A DNA stretch of 64,000 nucleotides from Lama glama (lineage: Eukaryota), in the NCBI GenBank assembly GCA_028534125.1, contig CM052817.1:76448001-76512000 (forward strand), given 5' to 3'. Position numbers and translations under genes: made by a program. A model generated the notes under the pieces. It was not told the origin of the DNA. It searched no databases and was given only the letters and a program-made list of their open reading frames with translations. How positions within the stretch are numbered: position 1 is the stretch's first letter; each line of letters opens with the position of its first letter. Shown here one piece after another: positions 61,109 through 64,000 of the stretch.

Positions 61109-64000
61109 AGTAAAGGCGTCAGTTCTCAAAGAAAACATAACAATCCTTAAAGTATATGTGCATAACAATAGGGTGTCAAAATATGTGAGACAAACACTGA
61201 TTAAACAGGAAATAAAGATGAATTTGCAATTCTAGTTGGAGACTTCTATACTGCTCAGTCAGAAATGGACAGTACTAGCTAGCAGAATACCATTAAGATT
61301 ACATTGGAACTCAACAACACTATTGCTCAAACCAGTATAATGAACATCTATAGACTACTTCATCCAGTAACAGCAGAATATACATTCCTCTCAAGTTCAC
61401 ATGAAACATTCACCAACATAAACCACAACCTGGACTATAAAACACAACTTAACAAATTGAAAATAATAGAAATCATACAATGTCTGCTGTAAGGTCACAA
61501 TGGAATTAAACTAGATACCAATAATGGAAAGATAACTGGAATATCCCAAAATGCTGGGAGATTATACAAAACATTTCTAAATAATACATAAGCTAAAAAA
61601 AGAAATCTTAAGAGAAATTGAATATTCTAAACTAAAGGAATATGAAAACACAACTTACCAAAATGTGTGGGATGCAGCAAAAGCAGTCATTAGAGTGAAG
61701 TGCATTGAATGCCTATATTAGAAAAGATCCAAAATTGACAATTTTAGATCTACCTTAGAAAGGAAAAAAAAAAAAAGAACAAATGAAATCCAGAATAAGA
61801 AGACAATAGACAAAAAATTAAAGGAGAAATCATAGAAATTGAAAATAGGAAATAAACAGAAAATAATCAAAAAAACCAAAAGTTGATTCTTTGAAAAGAT
61901 TAATAAAATCAGCAAGTCTCTAGCCAGGCTAACTACGAAAAAAGAGAGCACACAAATTATTAATATCAGAAATTAAAGAGGAGATGTCACTATAGATGCT
62001 ATGCATATTAAAAGGATAAGGAATATTATAAACAACTCTATGCCCACAAGTTTAAAAACACAGGTAAAACAGACAAATGTCTTTTCTTGAAAGACACAAT
62101 CTGCTAAAACTCACTCAAGAAGAAAAAGACAATCTGATTAGTACTATATCTATCAAAAAAACTGAATAAATAATTAACAACCATCCAAATAGAAAGTCTA
62201 AAACCCAGATGAGTTCACTGGTGAATTTTACCAAACATTTAAGGAATAAATTATACCAATATTCTACAAACTCTTCCAAAACATAGAAGCAGAGGGAATA
62301 CTTCCTAATTCATTCTATAAGGCCAGCATTACCCTAATACCAAAATGAGACCAAGACATTACAGTAAAAAAGAAAACTAGCACAGTAGCTTTCAAAAACA
62401 GGGATGCAAAAATTCTCAATATTAGCAAATGAATCCAACAATGCATAAAAAGAATTATACACCATGACCAAATGTGAATTATTCAGATATCCAAGTCTGG
62501 AATGACATTTCAAAATAAATTTATTATTACTGTTGTTGTTGTTAGTTTAATCCACCACAACAACAGGATAAAGAAAAAAATCATGTGATCATATCAATAA
62601 TGCAGAAAAGACATCTGACAAAATTTAACATTCATTCATGATAAAAAAATACTTAGCTGAGAATGAAATGGAAGTTCCACAATTTGATTAAGAAAATCTA
62701 CAGTAAATCTACAGCCAAAATGTGTAACGAGCTCAAATTTCCTCACTAAAATCAGTTAGAAGGAAAGGATATACCCTCTCACCACTGCTTCTCAACATTG
62801 TGCTGGAAGCCCTAGCTAATGAAATCAGAAAAGAAGAAATTAAATGCATACAGACTGAGAAGGAAGAAAACTCAAATGACATAATTGTATGAGTAGAAAA
62901 TTGAAATAATAAATAAGACTTCTGGAACTAACATGTGATTATATCAATGTTGTTAGACACAAGGTTAATATACAAAACTCAATCACTTTCCTATATACCA
63001 ATAATGAATGAACAACTACAATTTGAAATTAAGACAAATACCATTTACATTAGCACTGAAGAAAATGAAATATTTAAGTAAAAATCTAACAAAATATGGA
63101 CAAGAGCTATATGAGGAAAATAACTCTGATGAATGAAATAAAATAAAACTAAATAAACTGAGAGATAGTCCATGTTTATGGCTAGGAAGACTTTATATTG
63201 TCAACATTTCAGTTAATCCCAACTTGATCTATAGCTTCTATGGACTGCTAATAAAAATCCCAGCATGTTGTCTTACGGATACTGACAAACGGATTCTAAA
63301 GTATATACTAAGAGGCAAAAGACTCAGAATAGCTAACACAATATTGAAAGAGGAGAATAAAATTGGAGGACCAACACTACCGAACCTTAAGAGTTGCTAG
63401 AAAGTTACAGTAATCAAGGCAGTATGGTACCTTGAAATAACAAATAGATCATTGGAACAGAAGAGAGAAACCAGATACAGACCCATATAAATATAGTCAA
63501 CTAATCTTTGACAAAGAAGCCAAGGCTATATAATGTAGCAAAGATAAATTCTTCAACAAATGGTGTTGGAACAACTGGACATCCATATGAAAAAAATTTA
63601 ATCTAGACACTGACTTTATACTCTTCACAAATATTAACTCAAGATGTGTCACATTTAATTTACCTAAATGTAAAATTAAAAATGATAAAACTCCTAAAAG
63701 ATAACAGAGGATAAAACTTAGAAGACCTTGAGTAGGGCAATGACTTTTTAGATACAACACCAAAGGCATAACCATGGAAGAAAGAATGGGTAAGTTGGAT
63801 TTTATTAAAAGTAAAAAGTGCTCTATGAAAGAAAATGTGAAGATAATAAGATGAGCCACAGACTAGGAGAAAATATTTAAAACAAACAAACAAAACACAT
63901 CTGATAGAGGACTGTTATCTAATACATACAGAGAACTCTTAAAACTCAACAGTAAGTAAACAAACAACCCAATTAAAAGTTGGGCCAAAGACCTTAACAG
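61109..64000 (+). mobile_element. Continuation of the old host L1 ORF2 to the window edge
   Basis: ORF 61304-61492 (IYRLLHPVTAEYTFLSSSHETFTNINHNL) is L1 endonuclease. Collinear decayed ORF2 continues to 64000. Confidence 0.9.

Noticed and set aside
447..63893. Short ORFs in the six-frame track as host genes
   Set aside because: Those I can assign are frameshifted L1 ORF2 pieces or F/L/I-rich antisense L1 readings. The rest are short, unrecognised and expected by chance.
1..64000. CRISPR array, prokaryotic operon, NUMT or intact proviral genes
   Set aside because: No regularly spaced repeats, no dense ORFs, and no mitochondrial or gag/pol/env-like sequence recognised.

Overview
Mammalian nuclear DNA, AT-rich and dominated by transposable elements. 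It is most likely from a camelid, inferred from three tRNA-Ala-derived Vic-1-like SINEs and cetartiodactyl-type L1 3' ends. I found no intact protein-coding gene, RNA gene or CRISPR array. Every ORF in the track that I could assign is a decayed LINE-1 ORF2 fragment, an antisense L1 read-through or a gap artefact. The window holds several layers of L1, including one near-full-length copy (28.1-34.8 kb) and two nested insertions. It also has MaLR/ERV LTRs, L2, MIR, a MER58 MITE and a 500-N assembly gap. I see no convincing new biological system. The most interesting signals are footprints of retrotransposition and repair: a polyadenylated LTR fragment retroposed by L1 with a TSD, a twin-primed L1 inversion, a ~185-bp local templated duplication inserted into an L1, an orphan 144-bp splice-acceptor-bearing fragment inside an L1, two micro-inversions, and an L1 whose 5'UTR is fused to mid-ORF2. 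A few unique stretches (2.6-3.1 kb, 7.1-7.7 kb, 53.7-53.9 kb) may be regulatory elements or exons of an unidentified transcript. Repeat subfamily names come from remembered consensus motifs, and old-repeat boundaries are approximate.
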